Positions 59,583-64,000 of a DNA stretch of 64,000 bases are shown here, in pieces. The notes below the pieces were generated by a model, which was not told the DNA's origin, did not search any database, and saw only the letters and a list, made by a program, of their open reading frames with translations. Position numbers and translations under genes: made by a program. How positions within the stretch are numbered: the stretch's first letter is position 1; each line of letters begins with the position of its first letter. Origin of the DNA: Desulfomonilia bacterium (GTDB lineage: Bacteria; Desulfobacterota; Desulfomonilia; UBA1062); assembly GCA_963664325.2 (NCBI GenBank), contig CAXXDQ010000007.1, forward strand, positions 160,001 through 224,000, in the 5' to 3' direction.

Positions 59583-60965
59583 TTATCGGACCCTGAGGAT
59601 GGTATCGACCGGGTCGAGTTCTTCGCCGACCGTGACCCTGAACCCTTTCCAGACCCTTTCAACCGGAAGCTCCCTTCCTGAAGGCTCCGTCGTTATCCTG
59701 CGCACTTTATTCCAGATGCCTTCCCTGAAAGTGACTTTGACCGGCCGGGTGCTTCCTTCCATGTTGATGAGGTGGATCAGTATGTCGTCTTCGTACCGGC
59801 AGGCTATTATTTTCATGCATTTCGGGTTGTCGACCTTTATACCCCGGGGTTCCCTTCCCCTGTACGGAAGGGGGACAGATTCATTAAAGAGCCTTTTTCT
59901 TGGAAGGTACCATGCCCCGAGCCTTTGAAGCTGCTTTACCTGATCCGGATAAACGCTGCCATCCATTTGCGATGTCACTCCAAGGGAGTGTTTCATTCCG
60001 CTCGCCATGACGATAGCGCTCATGCGCAAAAGCGTATCAGGGTCATTTCGAAGTGTCGGGTCCGACCACCATCGACCTGCCGGCGATATGATCTCCGAGG
60101 AATGGGACTGGAACCGGCGGTAGAAAGTAGACCATTTCCATGCACTGCAACAGACCGGCAGATATTTATTGTCGGATTTGAGCAGCTTTATATAAGGCCC
60201 TGTAAGGTCATGTGCCTCGCCTGCAGTGAAGTCGAGCCTTTTGTAGGAGCTGGGGAAGTAGCTCGCAAAGTTGAAGGCCAGAGCCTTGTCCGGGTAATTT
60301 TCCCTGAAAAAGTCAATGCTTATCTCGGTTGAACGATCCGGCCAGTACCAGTCAAGCCATATGCCGTCAGGATCGCACTGTTCCATGATCTCGCGGTATT
60401 GCCCTAGAAGGTGTTCCTCATATAAAGGCTGAGCGCCCAGTGCGATGTATGATTCAGTCTGATGAGGGTGCGGCTGAATATCGTCGAATCTGGGGCTGTG
60501 GTCGAATACCGAAGAGTAATAGTATATGAACGGGATGCCTGCCTTGCGGTTTTCTTCGGCAAACAGACGGGCGTAATCCGGCCCTGTCTTCCAGTCGGTG
60601 AGCCTGGTGTTGAAATAGCATATGCCGTCGTGCCACTTGATTTCCATGGAATGGTAGTCCAGCCCGATCTCTTTGCTCAGTTCCACCCATTCATTAACCC
60701 TTGGGAACGGTCCGTTGAACTTAATGCTGCCGTCCTCGTTGCTCATGCTCCGGTTGAATTCGGTCCAGTCCCTCTGCCATTCCCAGCCCGGCCTGAACTC
60801 GATCTGATACTGGACAGCCAGGCCCGGTTTCTGCCACCATTTGGCGTTTCCTAATAATTTTCTTTCGGCAGGAAACATCATGCGTGCGAAAATCGTCGGA
60901 ACCGTAATGCATATTTCCCGTCCAATGGCCATTGCAGCTCTGATCTTGGGATTCAGATCACCCAT
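59583..60965 (-). CDS. Alpha-L-fucosidase-like glycoside hydrolase (GH29-like)
   Basis: KWHDGICYF, YYYS, DGIWLDW nucleophile region. Confidence 0.7.
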   Translation of the reverse strand: MGDLNPKIRAAMAIGREICITVPTIFARMMFPAERKLLGNAKWWQKPGLAVQYQIEFRPGWEWQRDWTEFNRSMSNEDGSIKFNGPFPRVNEWVELSKEIGLDYHSMEIKWHDGICYFNTRLTDWKTGPDYARLFAEENRKAGIPFIYYYSSVFDHSPRFDDIQPHPHQTESYIALGAQPLYEEHLLGQYREIMEQCDPDGIWLDWYWPDRSTEISIDFFRENYPDKALAFNFASYFPSSYKRLDFTAGEAHDLTGPYIKLLKSDNKYLPVCCSAWKWSTFYRRFQSHSSEIISPAGRWWSDPTLRNDPDTLLRMSAIVMASGMKHSLGVTSQMDGSVYPDQVKQLQRLGAWYLPRKRLFNESVPLPYRGREPRGIKVDNPKCMKIIACRYEDDILIHLINMEGSTRPVKVTFREGIWNKVRRITTEPSGRELPVERVWKGFRVTVGEELDPVDTILRVR

Positions 60966-61052
60966 TAAACTCCTCCCTTTGTATAAAATATTTCCAGCGG
61001 TTATGGTGTTTTAAAAATAATCACAAAAGTTGAAATTGAGCCCGGCGCATTC

Positions 61053-62210
61053 TCAGCATTTCAGGAGTATCTCGCGAGCTTTAGCGGCATTGATGTCGCC
61101 ATCCTCCCCCAGGGCGACATCACCGCGGCCCATAAAGCGTTCATAAACCTTTCCGGCCGCTTCCTCGCCATTTATACCATAGTCAGACAGTTTCGTCTTC
61201 ATTCCGAGTGAATGAAAAAAGTCTTCGGTCTTTGCAATGGCCGCCCTGGCGGCCCTGGAGTCAGACTTTTCCTTCACGTTAAAGACCCGGCGGGCGAACT
61301 GTGCCAGTTTACTTTCTTTAGAATGCATGTTGATCCGCCACAGTTCCGGCATCACAACAGCCAGAGACTGAGCATGGTCCAACCCGTAAAAGGCTGTAAG
61401 CTCATGTCCGATCATATGCGTGGCCCAATCCTGGACACAACCGCAGCTGCACCATCCGTTCAGGGCGTTGGTAGCGCACCACATTATGTTCGCACGTGCC
61501 TCATAATCTTTCGGATCCGATAGAATCTTCGGAGCCTCTTCAATGAGTGTTGATATTATCGATTCGCAGAGGCGGTCCTGCAGGGGTGTTCCGGAACCGC
61601 TGGTTATGTATTGTTCCGTAACGTGAGCCAGGGCATCAACTACCCCGTTGACGCTTTGTCTGACGGACAGCGAATATGTGGTTTCAGGGTCCAGAATCGA
61701 AAAAACGGGATATACAAGAGGATTGCTGAATGGAAGCTTTTCACATGTCGAAGCCCTAGAAATTACAGCCGTCATGTTCATTTCGGAGCCTGTCGCCGGA
61801 AGGGTCAGTATTGTACCAAGCGGCAATGCTGATCTTACCGGCGCATCGCTGGCAAGTATATCCCACGGGTCTGTACCGGCAAACTCAATGGCAGCAGCAA
61901 TGAATTTTGCTGCATCGAGGACTGAACCGCCGCCGACTGCAAGAATGAATTCCGTCCCGTTCTTCTTCGCAGCCTCAACGGCTTTCATGCAGGTTTCATA
62001 CAAGGGGTTCGGCTCGATGCCTGCAAATTCAATGAAATTGCAGCTGGACAGGCCTGCCATGACCTTGTCATAGACGCCGTTATTTTTTATCGAGCCTGCA
62101 CCATAAAGCATCATGATTTTCTTCCGTTCGGGAAGAAGTTCCGGAAGCTTTGATATTGAACCTTTGCCGAAAGCTATCTTTACAGGATTAAGGTAGCTGA
62201 AATTGTTCAT
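61053..62210 (-). CDS. Iron-containing alcohol dehydrogenase (YqhD/BDH-like)
   Basis: GIEPNP, AVGGGSVLD, TLPATGSEMN, DWATHMIGHELTA..GLDHA. Confidence 0.95.
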   Translation of the reverse strand: MNNFSYLNPVKIAFGKGSISKLPELLPERKKIMMLYGAGSIKNNGVYDKVMAGLSSCNFIEFAGIEPNPLYETCMKAVEAAKKNGTEFILAVGGGSVLDAAKFIAAAIEFAGTDPWDILASDAPVRSALPLGTILTLPATGSEMNMTAVISRASTCEKLPFSNPLVYPVFSILDPETTYSLSVRQSVNGVVDALAHVTEQYITSGSGTPLQDRLCESIISTLIEEAPKILSDPKDYEARANIMWCATNALNGWCSCGCVQDWATHMIGHELTAFYGLDHAQSLAVVMPELWRINMHSKESKLAQFARRVFNVKEKSDSRAARAAIAKTEDFFHSLGMKTKLSDYGINGEEAAGKVYERFMGRGDVALGEDGDINAAKAREILLKC

Positions 62211-62662
62211 TTTGGTTACTCCCCTGTTATTTAGCAAAGCACGTCTTCAGCGTGACTCCGTGTTTTGTCTTTTCAGGATTCAACCGGCAATTTCCGCCGG
62301 GTTGTACTAAAATTGCCGTGACAGTATTTGAGGATATCGGTCTCACTGCATGGAGTAATAAATTACCGGCCATACTGTTTATTGACCGCAGCAAACTTCA
62401 TGCCGCTTGCATAGAAATCGGCTGTAAGCAGGCTGTCGTTTAGCCATTATCGATTTTCCTTCAAGCTATATTCACTGATTTGAACATGAACAAGATAATA
62501 TAAATATTACCTGTTTTTTAAGACATTGACAATAATCAGGATGAGGTGATTTAAGGGCAGATCTTTACAATTTCACTGAGCGACCGAAGACTGTTGCCTT
62601 TGTGTCCGCTCTGGTCTTACAGGAGCAGACACGCTGTATTGAGCCTCTATACTCCAATCCTG

Positions 62663-63817
62663 CTATGTCCGGTAATCCGCATTTATTTTAACATAGTCAT
62701 AGGATATATCGGTAGTCCATGCTGTGAACGTTCCTTTACCGATATTCAGGTTGATCTCTATGGTGATTTCCTTTTCCCTGAGCGCGAGATGAAGTTTCTT
62801 TTCATTAAAGTACTTTGACTGGATTCCCTGCTCCACAACATCGAGTCCGTTGATCTTTATGGAAATCTTGTCAGGGTTGACATCGGCACCGCTGTAACCG
62901 AGGGCGCATACGATTCTGCCCCAGTTTGGATCAGCTCCGAACAGTGCTGTTTTTACGAGAAGTGAATTGGCGACGGCCATTGCCGCGGTTTTTGCGTTCC
63001 CCCTTGAAACCGCGCCGTTGATGCAGATTTTGACAAGTTTTGTTGCGCCCTCTCCATCCCTGACGACCATCATAGCCAGTTCAGTTATCACTTCCCTGAT
63101 TACCTCTTTTATCTCATCGACTGAAGATTCAATTCTGCCCGATGAGAGTGCAACAAGTGTGTCATTGGTCGACATGTCGCCGTCTACTGTTATTACATTG
63201 AAACTGTTGTCCGTCGATTCAGTTACAATATTTTTCAGCTGGGCAATATTAATCTTGGCATCGGTCAGTATTACCGAAAGCATTGTAGCCATGTTGGGGG
63301 CAATCATACCCGCTCCTTTGGCAAAACCCAGAACCGTTGCATCCCCGGATTTTTTGGATACTATTTTGGGAAATGTGTCAGTCGTCATTATTGCAGTTTC
63401 AAATGGTTCAGGATCGCTACCAAGGGATCCTGCAAGCAGGCCGATTTTTTCGAGCATTCTGTCGACAGGGAGCCTCAATCCTATTACGCCTGTTGACATA
63501 GGCAATATCTCTTCAGGACCGATATCAAGGCGTTCAGAAAGAGCATTCATCAAAGCCCTTGCATCTTCAATACCTTCGGGTCCGGTACAGGCATTGGCAT
63601 TCCCCGAGTTTGCAAAAATAGCCCTGATTGTCCCTTTCTTGATGTTATCCATGCCGATTTGAACCGGCGCCGCCTTGACTTTGTTCGTTGTGAAAACACC
63701 CACGGCAGTAGCAGGAGAATCGCAAATAATAAGCCCCATATCGAGTTTCTTTGTTTCCCTGCTTTTTACCCCTGCATTAACTGCAGCAAATTTAAATCCA
63801 ACCGGTACGGCTATCAC
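62663..63817 (-). CDS. argJ: Bifunctional ornithine acetyltransferase/N-acetylglutamate synthase
   Basis: [53 protein letters not shown]. Confidence 0.97.
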   Translation of the reverse strand: MIAVPVGFKFAAVNAGVKSRETKKLDMGLIICDSPATAVGVFTTNKVKAAPVQIGMDNIKKGTIRAIFANSGNANACTGPEGIEDARALMNALSERLDIGPEEILPMSTGVIGLRLPVDRMLEKIGLLAGSLGSDPEPFETAIMTTDTFPKIVSKKSGDATVLGFAKGAGMIAPNMATMLSVILTDAKINIAQLKNIVTESTDNSFNVITVDGDMSTNDTLVALSSGRIESSVDEIKEVIREVITELAMMVVRDGEGATKLVKICINGAVSRGNAKTAAMAVANSLLVKTALFGADPNWGRIVCALGYSGADVNPDKISIKINGLDVVEQGIQSKYFNEKKLHLALREKEITIEINLNIGKGTFTAWTTDISYDYVKINADYRT

Positions 63818-64000
63818 TCATTCCTCCCGCAACACTGTTTATATTTTTTCCCTGACCCGCACGGACACGGTTCGTTTCTTCCGATCTTTTTACCCTGCCT
63901 TCTAACGGTTTCAGGTTTGATTTCAGGTCCCCGGGTCATCATCATTCTCTGCCGGCGCTCCCTCTGCGATATGCGTTCAACATCGCTCTCCCTCTGAAGC
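63814..64000 (-). CDS. secA: SecA C-terminus (partial)
   Basis: [33 protein letters not shown] motif; stop overlaps the argJ GTG. Confidence 0.8.
   Translation of the reverse strand, partial: LQRESDVERISQRERRQRMMMTRGPEIKPETVRRQGKKIGRNEPCPCGSGKKYKQCCGRNE

Noticed and set aside
62238-62660. Intergenic region between the ADH and argJ with short ORFs, one reading GMKFAAVN like the ArgJ N-terminus
   Set aside because: Match is only a few codons; no convincing gene, RNA or repeat recognised.

Overview
64-kb chromosomal window from an anaerobic deltaproteobacterium-like organism (Desulfobacterota/Syntrophia-type gene content; the taxonomy is inferred, not determined). It runs from the 3' end of lon to the 3' end of secA. 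Contents: lipid/fatty-acid metabolism genes (thiolase, two acyl-CoA ligases, CoA-transferase III, two phytoene-desaturase-like flavoproteins, START, PAP2, PI-PLC-like lipoprotein); an etfB-etfA-membrane FeS oxidoreductase (EMO/FadF-like) operon; a six-gene two-component cluster; a selenocysteine formate dehydrogenase flanked by AsrA/AsrB-like subunits; corA; a decaying ars operon; trxA; ahbB and hemL separated by three hybrid PAS kinases (one frameshifted); a sugar-utilisation cluster; an Fe-ADH; argJ. Signals not explained by the ORF track: (1) an unannotated 53-aa membrane micro-ORF coupled to trxA with an in-frame TGA, a SECIS-like hairpin and a U-x4-C motif (candidate small selenoprotein); (2) four sigma54 promoters sharing one architecture and one palindromic activator box, linking the FDH operon, the Etf-EMO operon and the signalling genes into one regulon; (3) an acidic uORF with a structured leader upstream of corA; (4) a Xer dif site with KOPS-like polarity converging on it, so the window probably contains the replication terminus. 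No rRNA, tRNA, CRISPR array or intact mobile element was seen. All calls come from motif recognition by eye; no searches were run.
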